NCBI RefSeq assembly: GCF_036321535.1
Contig: NC_087438.1
Span: 95,294,001-95,358,000, forward strand
Length of the DNA: 64,000 nt
Reading direction: 5' to 3'
Origin: Camelus dromedarius
Lineage: Eukaryota
Shown here: positions 12,836 through 25,395 of the stretch, piece by piece
Numbering within the stretch: position 1 is the stretch's first letter
Layout of the letters: every line of letters starts with the position of its first letter
The notes under the pieces: generated by a model
Databases searched by the model: none
Seen by the model: the letters and a program-made list of their open reading frames with translations, nothing else
Told to the model about the DNA's origin: nothing
Made by a program: the position numbers and the translations under genes

Positions 12836-13504
12836 CAAATATCCTTTCCAGGACAACCTTTTCTTGTGTGCCCTTAATCATATCCATACTCCCTTTCGCT
12901 TTTGCAGCTTCGTTCTCTCCAAGGATTTCTTCCCTTTTGTCTACAAATATGTCTGGATAGCCCTTTGCCTAATTCAACTTCAGTTCAGTTCACAAAAATT
13001 AATGCATTGATGGGTCTTATCGAAGAGCTGGGTACTCCTGGAGGGACAGAAGGCTGGTATGGTGCACAGCCTTCGACCAGCATCATGCCCTTCATTTGTG
13101 GTCAACACAGGGGCCACAAGCAGCAGGTTATTTCAGGTATCTGATTGGCTTTGACTGCGGGAACCCAGGTGGAGGGTGATGTTTGTTAGCCAAGGCAGTA
13201 CCAAAATTGGGCATCCCATCCGGTCAGCAATGATTGTGTTGAGTTTTCCAGCAGAGAGGGAGCAAAAGAGAAATCTGAAAAAGGCTGCCTGTCTTTGGGG
13301 TGATTAGTTGTGAAGTGTGTGTTCATGGTTTATTGGCCTTTTCCATTTATGTACTGAGTGTAAACAGTCCTCAGGCCCTGAGAGCCAGGAGAGGCCCCTT
13401 ATTGGCGATGTGATAAGAAAGTCACAGCCCTTAAGTAGACATCTAGTCACCGTCTGGGTTAGTAGCCAGTAAATGATATAAACGGGCGGTGCCCAGATGC
13501 CTTC

Positions 13505-13919
13505 TCTGTGAGTTTGCTGGGGCTGCTGTAACAGCACTACAGGCGGGATGGCTTACATGGCAGAAATGGACTGTCTCACAGTTCTGGGGCTGGATGTCCA
13601 AAATCAGTGTGTCAGCAGGGTTGCTCCTTCTGAGGGCTGTGAAGGGAGGCCCTGGTCCAGGCCTCTCTCCTTGGCTTGAAGATGGCCGTCTTCTCCCTGT
13701 ATCTCTCCATGTCGTCCTCCCTCTGTGTGTATCTCTGGTCCACATTTCCCCTTTTTGTGAGGACACAGGTCATATTGGATTAGTCACCCTCGTGACCTCA
13801 TTTAATTGGATTACTTCTGCAAAGACCCTTTCTCAAAATAAGGTCACTGTTTTAGGTCCTAGGGGGTTGGCTTTCAATATATGATTTTTTTTAGGCGGGA
13901 CACAGTTCAACCCATAACA
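13505..13919 (-). mobile_element. MaLR solo LTR, MLT1B/C-like
   Basis: 'gtttgctggggctgctgtaacagcactac...tctcacagttctggggctggatgtccaaaatcagtgtgtcagcagggttg...gacacagttcaacccataaca'; flanks ccttc/ccctc match 4/5 as TSD. Confidence 0.9.
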
Positions 13920-15529
13920 CCCTCTAATGGCTCTTGAGTCAATGGAATAAATATATCTAGAAGATTCTCAGGTTGGTCACATCTCCATAGTTAATTTTCT
14001 AACCCATTTTCCTGCAAAGGGCAAACACCTTTTCCATTCTCCTTTGTGATTTTTTTGGGTAGTGCCTGTGCATGCCAAATGGATTAAAGAATTCACATGC
14101 AGTGCGGGCATGTTGACCACACTGGCCTTTTCCCTTTGCACAAATCAGAGCAGGTCCCTTGGTATCCTCAAATGAACTAACTGGCAGAGAAATCAGAGTT
14201 TCAGCCTGAACCTGTCTGTTTACCTGAGTCTGCCTCTGTCACATCCTTGGATAATACTGTCTGAGAGCCATTATTTGTCTTGTCAGCACAGACTGGAAAG
14301 AGAACAGTAAAACTGAGCTCTGTCAACCCTGTCTTTTCCACATCTTGTCCTCTGCGTCGTGTCCAGAATCCAAGGGTATACCTGGCACCTCCCCTCAGGG
14401 CAACATGAAGTAGAGGCTTTTTCTCTCCAGGGCTTTAAATGTTCAGATTGATTCCTTTAGCTCCAGGCTGCTGAGTCCATATGTGTTCTGCTGCAGAAAG
14501 CTAATGTTTGTCCGGGGCTCAGAGACAGTAGTGAGACAGTACACTTTCAGCTCCCACAACCAGTGTCTCCAGAGATCTGTGTGCTGGGAGTGGGGCGAGG
14601 CATATGGGAGAGGGGAACTCTGCCCTCAAGGGTCTTGGAGCTTGTCTGAGAGACTTAAGTGGGCAGCGAGGAGATTCAAGCTGGAGGGGATGGGCTGGAA
14701 AGTGTTGACCTGGATTCAGGGCCCTGCCTGGACTGGACTGTTTGTCTTGAGACCGAATAACCCAAACTCTGGGATGTATGGATGTTGGTCTCTGGTATGG
14801 TGTTAGGCCCTTAGGGTCGGACTAGTGATGGAGGGAATCCTGAATGGATAGAAAACAAGTACCACTCGTCATCTGGGACAGGAGGTGACTGGGCTGGCAG
14901 ACTGTAGATTGAGGTAAGGCACAGCCTTCCCCCCTCCCAGGGTCCATCTGACCCCAACTCTGAGACATGGGGAGGTCCTGATTTAGGGGCAGGTAGCGGG
15001 GAGATGAGCTTAACCTGCCAGAAGGAAGCCACTCACTTAAGAGTTAAAGAGACAGTGGGATGAGAAACCCCAGAGATGGAGCTTGCTGCCCAGCAGTTGA
15101 ATGTTGTTCCTTTGTGTTACACATCTCTGTCATAGTTCTTGAAACTTTGGTAAAATTTCAGAGTTACACCTGGCCCATGCCCTCCTGCAGGCAGTGGAGG
15201 GGAGGGCAGGTCCCCTCTCATGGAGAGGTAGACAGGACTGGGACTGAGAGTCCTCTGAGGCCAGTGGTGATGGAAGCAGGGGTAAGAGAAACGAAGGCCC
15301 TGTGTGCTCAGACTTGAGGCCCCGTGAGGGGCCCCTCTGGACATCAGCCAGGGGACAGGTGGAAGGGGCCATTTCCTGATAGAAGAGCTGCTGGAATGCA
15401 TGTCACTGTGATTTGAGTTACACACGTAAGCAGTCCGCTGAAATTCGGCCTGATAAATCCTGTGCGACAGGTTAGCACAGATGTGAGAAGCTCAAAACCG
15501 TGTGGACAGGGCTCGGAGACTGACTACAT

Positions 15530-15735
15530 AGTTGGAGAGGCACAGAGCTTGGGTTCTGGGATCAGACAGCTTGGTTTGAGAGCCATTGGCTCTATTTGCT
15601 GGCCGTGTGACTGTCGGTAAGTTAATTTAGCTAAGCCTTGTTTTCCTCGTATAATATGGGGATGATAAGAGTACCTTATGGGACTCCTGTAGGAGTCAGC
15701 AAGATAGATAGTCCATGTAAAGTACTTAGCCTCAT
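15530..15735 (+). mobile_element. MIR SINE (followed by an antisense L2 3' end to ~15830)
   Basis: 'ttctgggatcagacagcttggtttgag...ctgtgactgtcggtaagttaatttagctaagccttgttttcctcgtataatatgggg'. Confidence 0.8.
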
Positions 15736-15929
15736 TCATTTGTTCGTTCATAATTCAGGTGTTTATTGATCACGTGCGTTGTGCCAGGCCTGTTCTAGAT
15801 ACATCAGGGAATAGAGGGTGGTGCTCCCCTCTGCACCACCAGTGAGTTTATATCTATGTGGTGTTTAGAGTGAGCACCCCCAAAAGATAACAATATAATC
15901 TTTCTTGTATAAGAAATCTGTACATGAAT

Positions 15930-16020
15930 GAATGAATGAAATCAAGCTCATAGATACAAAGAATAGATTGGTGGTTGCCAGAGATGAGTGCTGAGGGGTG
16001 GGAGAAATGGGTGAACTTTT
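15930..16020 (+). mobile_element. Short L1M 3' fragment
   Basis: 'aagctcatagatacaaagaatagattggtggttgccagag...gggagaaatgggtgaa'. Confidence 0.7.
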
Positions 16021-18439
16021 TTTAAGTTTATTTATTTTTATCCAATTTATTTAAAATTTATGAACCAAGCCAATAAGCTGCCAAGTAAAATGTCTTTCTG
16101 CCTTACAAATATACTTTTATAAGGGAAAAAACATGTCTTAATAAATGTCTGTTTCTCTTAGGTTAGTGAATAATACACTGAAATATTGCTAACTATGTTG
16201 CAATATTAAAAATTCAGCTCAGTATTCAGTAATTTTTTTTTTATTCTTAATCATGAAAAACAATACAGATCTAAGGTGAAAGTGAATTGGAAAATTAGAA
16301 AGGCACTTGTAACTTTGCGTAAATATTACTGGCTACTTTATAAACAGGTATAGAGTGAGAAAGTGAAATGGTTGTGGTATGAGTTATAGAAAATGCATAC
16401 TCCTGTGGAAAACAAAAACAAGTCTGTAATCAGAGAAGCTAAGTGGCTATGAAAAAAAATGGTAAAGGAGAAAGAATTTTTACATCTTGAGCAAGTAATC
16501 AAAATTGAAAACTCCAATTTTTTATTGTCCTAGAGAAATGTATATAATTACTCAACAATGTAAAGGTATCACTTGTGTGAAATGCTAAATGGATAAGTAC
16601 CATTTCCTTGTAGTTTGAATATGTGCCAAGGTGGAAATATGGGGCTACTTCAAGGTGTTAACAATGTTCTGTTCCAGCTGTGAACCATCATTAGAGTCTA
16701 AAGATGTCAATTAGAATCAACTTTTCAGAAGATGATTGTCTAGTTCATCTATTTCCATGTCCTTTTTTTTTTTTCTTCCCAGTATTTGTTTTTTCTCTTG
16801 CATTGATAGCAAAAAGGACAGACAAATGGTTTTAGAAGTGAAATTAGTCAATTTTGTGTAAAACAGTAACCTAAATTTTAGGTATAATTGGGGGTTAAGA
16901 AAATATCTTAAAGATTGAGTATCCCTTGAAGATTTCACATACTCATGTGTATTATTCCTGAACAGAGTATTTTCAATCTGTTTGTGTAGATATATACCTT
17001 ACAATGAGATGCTGTCAAATAATGCCAGAAATACGTTGAAAAAATGAATTTTCTGTTCAGTCAGTATGTGAGTTTGCAATGATGGACAAATGATTTTAAT
17101 GATACTTTGCACATTACATTCTTGATTATTTCTACAGTTAAATTGTAAAGTGAGGTATTTCCAATTCCAATCAACAAATTGTTACCTGATAAGGGACTTT
17201 GGGCTTGGTTTTGTTTTTCTCAGAGGTGTTTATTGTGTATAATCCATGCCATAGCTGCCTCATTTTCTTGCTCTATATCTGACTATGGATTAGTTAATTA
17301 ATACTATTTGAACAGGGATTAAAATGTTCTCCCTGATTTGCTCGGCATTTTCCAATATACTGTGTAGGTAAAATTCCATTATACTTTAAAATATTTTTAT
17401 ATTGATGATAAGAGTTTGACAGTATTCGCATCAATAAAAGATAACTTTGAAAGTAATGGAAAAAATAAAGATAGATAGCAAGGCTTATTATTCCTGAGGT
17501 AGCATTTGGGAAAGAGTAAAAGGGTAGTTGAGGAAATGGGAAGACAGAAAGGAGATGAGGTCAAGTCATTCCAGGGGAGCCATCAGCACAACCAAAACTG
17601 AGGGTAACGTAAGGTCCATGCAAATTGGGATTTAAGTGGCCATTAGGCAGTGAAATCCTCTGTGTGCGTCCCTGTGACCAGCAGTCAAGGCAGCCCTTTG
17701 AGTTGGAGAGCATCTCGCCAGCTTTGTAGCTGAGATGTCCCATGTTGAATCCCAGGAATTCCTATAACTCATTGATCGCACTTTCATATGGCCCCACCAC
17801 ACCATCTGGCTGACTGGAATGAATTCTATAATGAAAGAATCTTGCCTCACTTTTCAAATTCTGGTAGCACAGTGGCAACTTTCCAATTATTTTACAGGGT
17901 CAAATGAGAAGAGCAATTAGAGAATGAGAAAATTACAGAGGACTTTAGCCTGAGAGAGCAGAGAAATTAGCAATTCATTATTGAAATGGAAAATGTGACA
18001 AAGGGATTTTGAGAGTGGTGATACCCTAGCTGAGACAGCCAGCCAGATAAAGATTCTGACAACACTGTAATAAACTGCCTCCTAGTTCACCTGATCTGAA
18101 GGCTCCCACAGCTTAGAAAACTGTGCAGCATCCTTTCCGTCTCATCGCAGGCCCCCTGCCATTCCAAGCGAGCAAATGTGGATGTGATATTTGTGGGGCT
18201 CATTCGCAGAGAATCTCCAGTTGTATTTGGTTTAATCTGTCCTCTCAGTGCCGTAAACCAATCATTACCTGTGATCTGTGGGGGCAGTGTGCAGTGTGTA
18301 TTGTACAGGAGTATTTAAGGGGATCCTAATACCTACTGGGGTCACAATACAGTCTTAACAAAAAACCAGGCACCATTACATTCTGGGAGTCCACCTTGAG
18401 TCTTGTGACCTGTCCAGAAATGATAACTGTGGAAGAAGA

Positions 18440-18712
18440 ATAGCTAACATTAACTACGGAATAATAACCACTAACCTGAGTTCTTGCTGTGAATAAGGTA
18501 GTACCATTCTAAGCATTCTGCATAGATTATGTTAATCTTCACAAAACCTCTGTGAGATAGGTACAATGATTAATTCCATTTTACAGATGAGGAAAGCGAG
18601 ACCATGGGAGTTTAATTAATTTGCCCCGATGAACTCAGCTGGTAAAGGGTGGACCCAGGGCATGAACTCAGCAGTCCATCTCAGGGTCCTTGTTCCTAAC
18701 TACTATATTGTA
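18440..18712 (-). mobile_element. MIR SINE, near full length
   Basis: 'aatagctaacatt...ttaatcttcacaaaacctctgtgagatagg...ccattttacagatgaggaaagcgag...atgaactcagcagtc'. Confidence 0.9.
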
Positions 18713-19879
18713 CATCATCTGGTTTCTCCTCCTGGTGGGCGCAACAGGTTCTGTCTGGTTCCATAAGTTGTATTCATCTAAGGTGCTATGTGGAATCTGA
18801 CTCCCACCCAATGTTAAGGTCCATTAATCTAAAGCCATATCTTCATGTGAGGTCTGATTCCTTACCCTGATATATGTGATTTTATTTCTCACTCCTTGAA
18901 ATAAAATTGGGATGATCTGGAGCTAACTCAAAATCATTGTTCAATGGTTTAAACTGAATTGATCCTTTATCTGGAGTCTTTGCATTGACTCTTACATGAG
19001 TCAGTCCAGTGACTTGAGGAACTCTGGGTCAAAATATTGCATGATAGACCAGGATTCCTGTCTTTCTGGCTGTGGACTTTATCTTCTTTATTTTATGCAT
19101 AGATGAGTAGTTTTGTTCAACTAGGCTGCACTGCCTTATTATAGAATAATTGTAAATCTGTGTTCTTAGTTATAGTATTCCACATATGCTTCTAAAATTT
19201 AGCCAGTTAAAAAATTATGTAACACATGCACACACCCACCCTCATATTCTGTTATATCGTTAGACTGAAGTGGACAGAGGTAGGGTGTTATGAAGACCTG
19301 ATACATATAAGACCTGAGAAGAGAGTTGGATGATGAAAGAGATTCTATGAGCATCTCAGAAGGGGCCAGAGAACAGTTTATGGGAGAGAGCAAGTTCTTA
19401 CAAATTCCTACAAACCCTCCTTCCTCATAAACAGATAAACAGCCAAAGGAACTAGGCCAAGATCAAACTGGCAAATAGGGAGAGAAGTGCAAGCATTTTA
19501 TTACGAATTGAGTTAAGCATCCACAGGGTACCGCTCTCCTTAGTGAATCTGTGAAGCAGTGGTCATCCTCTCAAGTTGTCAGACATGGAGAGACTAAAGT
19601 GTAGCGTCTCCAGCAGCCCCTGCCACCTTGGATGAGCTCCAGAGACGTGCACAGGAGGTGTTGTGGCACCCTGGCTTCAGTCTAAGTGGGTAACTCTTTG
19701 CTGTCTCTTCCCCAGGGAGAGGGGATGACTTCTATCAGGCTGGGAGATGTTCCTCTTTCTCTACTTTAGAGAGCAGAAGAATGCTGAGTCTTGGGGAACA
19801 AGGCAGTCATCCAAGGTGCAGACTAAGCGTATTCCCCTTAGAGAACCAGAGCTGCCTCCTTCTCAGGGTTAAAGAGACA

Positions 19880-21310
19880 AGACTAAGACACATAGTAACC
19901 CTGGATAGAAAGATCCAGGGTTGCTAAGGTGTCAACACTCCATAACTTCTTCAAAAAAATCAGTGAATTCCAAATCAAAATGCCAACAAGATATTTCATA
20001 GAAGCTGTCAAACTGTTTATAAAGTTTACATGGAAGAGAAGCTGTTTTAGAAAAAATAAATAAATAAATAAAGAACAATCGAAAGAAAACAGTGAGGGAT
20101 GTGCTTGACCTAACATATCAAAATATACCATAAAGACAGAGTAATTACAACAGGGAAATTAATGAGTAGATCACCAGAATAAAACAAAATATAGAAATGG
20201 TTCCATGTACATACAGGAATTTGGCTTATGGGAAAGATGGAATTTCACAGGGGTAAAAAGAGAATGAACTATTTCCTCTCAAACTGAGAGCTGGTTGTCC
20301 CAAAATCATTAATTGAGTGAAGCTGGGCCTTCCCCAAGTCTCCACCCCCACTGCCAAAATACAACTAAGATGAGGTAAAAAGCTCTGTATTCAAAACAAT
20401 GATAATATTAGGTTAAAATGAATGAGAACATTTTGATAACCGTAGAATAAGTTAGATCTTCTAGGAAGGATGCAAAATACCACAAGTTAAAAGAAAAGTC
20501 AACAGATGGGTAAAATAACTTCAACTCTGTATATAGAAAAACATCGTAAGGGAAGTTAAAAATAAGTAACATTGTTTCAACTTGCTGAATGTTTGAAAAT
20601 TTTTGTAATAAAATTTTGAAAAACAAATAAGCAACAGACTAGGAGAAAATGTTTATGACACAAATTACAGGCAGGATTAATATTAGGAATATATAAAAAG
20701 TACCAATAAATGCCAAAAAATGAAAACTTGAAAAAGAATAAAGATAGGCAATTAAGAAGAAATACCAGCAGATTATAAACATAGGAAAAATTGTTCACAT
20801 TGACTAGTAATCAGGGAAATGAAAATTAAATCACAATTAGCTAACATTCTTATCCATTAGATTGGGAATAAACAGATTGATGATATTCTGTGTTGTTAAG
20901 GAAACAGATACTCTCATCCTCTCTTGCTTGGAGTATTCAAATCTGAGCCTTTGCAGGGGCAACCTGGCAGTATTATTAACATTTTAAATGTGCATACCCC
21001 TTAATCTGGAAATTCTGCATCTCAAAATTTATTCTAAAGAAAGACACATTTTCTTCAAGATTCATGTGAAAACACTGGGAAAAATGCCCATTGTTAGAGG
21101 AAGAGTTAAACTGTTGATACACATAGACTATAGTTATTAGAAAGAATGTGGTAAATTTATACTTACTGACACAAATTTTTTCCAAGCCATTTTTCCTTGT
21201 CAATGAGAAAGGCCAGTCAGTAAACAACTCATAGAACATGATTCCCATTATGTAAAGGGAAAACAAAAATACTTGTTTTTCATGGAACCATGACTGGAAG
21301 GATGGTCATC
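19880..21310 (+). mobile_element. Old L1ME-type ORF2 3' end and 3' UTR fragment
   Basis: 'gctgtcaaactgtttataaagtttacatggaa', 'ctagtaatcagggaaatgaaaattaaatcacaat', 'ccccttaatctggaaattctgcatctc'; heavily decayed. Confidence 0.8.
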
Positions 21311-21878
21311 ATAGTGGCCCATTTCCCTCTTTCTCTCTCAAAGCCAGCAATTCCCCCATTTCTCACTAACCTCTTCTCTCTCACACACGCACACACACGT
21401 GCGTGCACACCACTTACAGAACTACATCTTAGTTAGGTTCTAAGTTGCTTCCCCTGCTCTGTGTTCTCATAGTGCCCCTTACTGCACTTCCCTCATCTAT
21501 ATCATAATTGATCATTGTTGATTCAAACCCTCTTTTTTTTCCACTAGCTTCCAGAAAAGAGGGACAGTGTGTTATATGTGGTGTGTTACAGTTTGGGGAC
21601 TAACTACACACTAGCCTCAAGGCCCCACACTCTGCTTGACACACAGCAGGAACTCAATAAATACTTGGTGGAGGATAAATAAACTCCTTTGTACAAGGCA
21701 ACGTTGAAATAGATGAATACATTGCTAATTAATAAATAAAATGACCAATAAATTCACATTCTCGGTATCATATGCCTGATTAGAGGAGAATGAGAAATCT
21801 TCAGGTGACAAAGGGTGGAGCAGTTTCTCAAGCACTCCTCAAAGGGATTACACTCAGCATTGTTTTCTCTCACTTTCA

Positions 21879-21939
21879 ATGAGCAGGGCGTCACCTGGTG
21901 TCCTCTCCATGAGCCTAGGCATCACCTGGAGTCCTCTCC
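21879..21939 (+). repeat. Two-copy ~30-bp tandem duplication
   Basis: atgagcagggcgtcacctggtgtcctctcc / atgagcctaggcatcacctggagtcctctcc. Confidence 0.85.
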
Positions 21940-22984
21940 CTGCCTCTGATATGTGACATCTCAGAGAAGCTTTTTTATTTGTTTGTTTTACAGTTTATTG
22001 AGGTGAATACTGTCACCTCAGTTTTTATTAAAGAAAAAGAAAAAAAAGCAAACAAAGATAATGTGGACTTTCAGTTCCAAAACCTAGATAAAGGATAGTG
22101 GGAACGCACTCTCCTGTAAACACAGATAATGCATTATGACCAGAGAAACCCTGTATCTCAGAGGTGGAATGGATCTGAGAGGTTATCCATTCCAGTGAAA
22201 TTATATTTGTTATAACATAGAAGCCTTCAGCAGATAAGTTATCGCTCCAGGTAAGTTTTCAGAGAGGGATAAAGCCGTACGTGGGTATTGGGAGGAAGAC
22301 TGCCATGTGGTAAGGACAGATGGAACTTGTGGAGAAAACTGGGGAAAATGAGCTCTCTTGTCTTCATCTTAATCTCCAAGCCTGCCTCTGGTCACGTTTG
22401 AATGTATTTCTAGCAGGCAGTGCAACCATGGGCTTCGTGAAAGCCCTGTGAGGAACGAGGCGAAATCACCAGGCACATGTGTATGATCATGATTGCTGAT
22501 TGAGCTGGAATTCCCTGTGCACCCTGTCTGTCTCACCAGTCCACAGGAGCCTGTTAATTGTCTCGTTCTCCAGTGCCAGGCATTGCCAGGATGTAGTAGG
22601 CAATCTAAAGAAGTTTATTTAATTGATAATGTTTTTTTTTTTCCACATGGAAATACAGGGGTGGTTCTTTACTTGAAAATGATACATGGCTTCGGAAGAT
22701 GAGAAAAAAGACAAAAAGTTTGAATATCTCTATCTCTGGAATGTCCGTTGGGATTTGGTATGTGGTTTTTGTCCTATTTGAGAAATAAGATTGGAGACCT
22801 AGAGATTCAATAGGAAGGAAGTCTTAGGCTCATTATTGCTCCATTCTTACAGGATTGTTGCCTTGCCCATCAGTAGTTTCCCCTTTGGAGGGGATGGGTA
22901 GACCAGAAGGTAGGGAAGCAAAAAAGTGGTTCCAGGTTTTTCTCTTGTGTATGCCGTATTTTTTCCAATAGCTTTTTTTTCCCC

Positions 22985-23024
22985 TTATTTATTTATTTAT
23001 TTATTTATTTGTTTGTTTATTTTT
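22985..23024. repeat. (TTTA)n/(TTTG)n microsatellite
   Basis: Seen directly. Confidence 0.9.
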
Positions 23025-23108
23025 AGGTTCCATGATTTATATTCTGTCTAGAAAATAGCCCTTTATTCTCTCACAAGGGCTTAACCCACTCTGATGAGAT
23101 TTGTTTGT

Positions 23109-23402
23109 TCGTATTTTTTAATGTATATATGTTTTCATTGAAGTATAGTCCGTTTGCAATGTTGTGTCAGTTTCTGGTGTACAGCACAATGCTTCAGTCA
23201 TACATAAACATACATATATTCATTTTCATATTTTTTCACCATAAGTTATTACAAGATATTGAATATAGTTACTTATGCTATACAGTATGGATTTATTATT
23301 TATCTGTTTTATATATATTAGTTAGTATCTGCAAATCTCAAACTCCCGATTAATCCCTTCCCATACCACCCTTAGCCATAAGTTTGTTTACTATGTCTGT
23401 TA
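23109..23402 (-). mobile_element. 5'-truncated L1 3' end with TSD
   Basis: 'ttcattgaagtatagtccgtttgcaatgttgtgtcagtttctggtgtacagcac...gatattgaatatagtt'; ATTTGTTTGT at 23099-23108 and 23403-23412. Confidence 0.85.
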
Positions 23403-24079
23403 ATTTGTTTGTAAGCTTTCTTGAATTGTGTGCTTCTGCCTGCAGCCCTATTCTCTGGGAATTCCCTCCATCCTAGATAGTATTTTGAAAGAGCAGACCT
23501 GAGCAGCAAGCATAGGCAGCCAGGCTGGGTGAGAGTCCATGGAGAGTGAGGAACAAGGAAAAAAAATTCCAGATACCCAAATGCACAGACTCCACAGCTA
23601 TAGACAGCGACTTGCCAACGGGCACCTGGAAGATTACCTCCTTAGCATGAATGCCCTTAAAGGGGTCCTAATTTAGTTGGGGAGCTGTTCTTTGCTATCA
23701 GTAGTCTCTGACTAAGACATTTTTGTTTGATGAAAGTAGTCCATCTTTGGATTAATACTTATGGGTGCGGGTGGTTTTTGTGCACGTGCGTGCGCATGCT
23801 CCTGCTCTTCCTTCTGCCCCAAAGAGTTGAGCTCGTAATAGTGTGGCTTCTGTGTATCCCCCACCTGAAAAGACACATGCCTATTACCAAATGGTAACAC
23901 TTCTGAGTGGAGGAGTTGTTTTTTAGAACTGAGCCCTCTAAGTTTATGATTAATCGGGTTATTAATGCACAGAATTTCAGTGATATTCTATCTAAAACAA
24001 GGTCCCTGTGAATACAGATTCCCTTTTCACCTGTCTCTGGCCAGCTGCATCGTTACCTTTGCCTTGAGTGTGTTTACAC

Positions 24080-24230
24080 TATAAGGACCTAGACTGTTAA
24101 ATCCAGTCCTCTTCTTCACAGATGAAGAAACTGAGGCCCGGTGAGGTCGTGTGACCTACTTATCCAGGGTCACAAAGTGATCTAGGACAAAGCTAAACTG
24201 GACCTCAGGTGTCCTGAAATGTCAAGCCCC
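24080..24230 (-). mobile_element. MIR fragment
   Basis: 'ttcacagatgaagaaactgaggcccggtgaggtcgtgtgacctacttatccagggtcaca'. Confidence 0.85.
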
Positions 24231-25219
24231 ATGTCACTCCCCTTTCCTCAAGTCGTCTCCTTATCGGGCCAATACTCACGGCATCCCTGGATGCCACCGG
24301 CCCCTCCTGGCTGGCTGGATCTAAACTTAGACATTCTTTCTTTCTTTCCCAGTGGAGTTTTTCCATATGGTTCTTTATATAATTGGTCCTCAGCTAGAAG
24401 AGAAAATGTATGCTGGTGTCAGGAGGTAAACCCTCTAACTGTTCCAAAGTTAGTTTTCTGCTCGCTACCCTTTTCAGCTACAGAGCCAAGCAAATCTAGG
24501 ACAGGTGCCCTTGTGAATCACTGATGGGGTCTGTAAAGGAGGCTGTTCCCAGGCCCTCAGAGGCCTGGCTTAAGAAATGCAAGTAGTTTTAGAAAAAGAG
24601 GAAGGCTGCCGCTTTTCAAATCACTCCTTTGTCCACCCCCTGAGTCTCTGACCTGCCAGCACAATATTAGCTCAAACAAACATGATCCCCTCAGCCTCAC
24701 CTGGCTTGTCATCTCAAATCCCCAACTGCGTTTGTGGAGCATCACTGCTGGGCGGCAGAAGACAAGACTACAAAAGAATGAGAATAACAAGCCCGGGAGA
24801 AGCCGGCGAATCAAGAGAGAGACTCAGTTGGCAATGGCCAGAATCACTGGAGCTACTGGGCAAGAAGTTCAAGAGCATCAGGAAATCTCATTTTCCTGCC
24901 ACGTGCCTGCCCACAGCGCAGGCGTCTGCTTCTGCCAGTGTATGTAGGTGGGAAGGGCCAAAAGGAAGGGAACGAAGGCAGCTTGTAAATCCTCAGGATG
25001 AAGGAAGCAGGGCCTCAGAAACAGAAACTAATCAGCCATGCCTTTAAACCTGTGCTTTGAACCTGTGCCGGGTCCTTCTAAGGGAAGCAAGTACTTCTGG
25101 GTAGGGGCGGGGGTCACCCAAAGCCCTCCCAGCCCTGGTGCACACTGCTGGGTACAAATAGTGTAAAACCCCATGGACTTGGCATTTTCCCTAGTGCCAT
25201 ACTTGGAACTCTTTCCACG

Positions 25220-25395
25220 TATTAGTCATTCATTTAATCTCCCCTCACAGTCTGTTATTTTCCCCATTTTCCAAAGGATGAAGCAGACCTCTGCAAAGTT
25301 CAAAATCTTCCCCAGTTTACACATTTGTAATGGGGAAAAGCAGAGATTCAAACTAAAGTCTCTCTGACCCTGGAACCCACAGTCTAAATCATTGG
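25220..25395 (-). mobile_element. MIR fragment
   Basis: 'tcatttaatctcccctcacag...cccattttccaaaggatgaagcagac...gagattcaaactaaagtctctctgacc'. Confidence 0.75.

Noticed and set aside
13443-13884. 107-131 aa ORFs
   Set aside because: They lie inside the MLT1 LTR and are typical open frames of that repeat.
16050-17480. AT-rich block with a faint hAT transposase-like peptide (NHLSVLFAINARE) on the minus strand
   Set aside because: Similarity too weak to call without a profile search (HMMER against the hAT dimerisation domain or Dfam).
22413-22437. 'ATGGGCTTCGTGAAAGCC' (MGFVKA), reminiscent of the RPL5 start
   Set aside because: Similarity ends after five codons at a stop; chance.
24682-25047. 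121-aa ORF in a mildly CpG-retaining patch
   Set aside because: No recognisable domain or splice framework; too few CpGs for an island.
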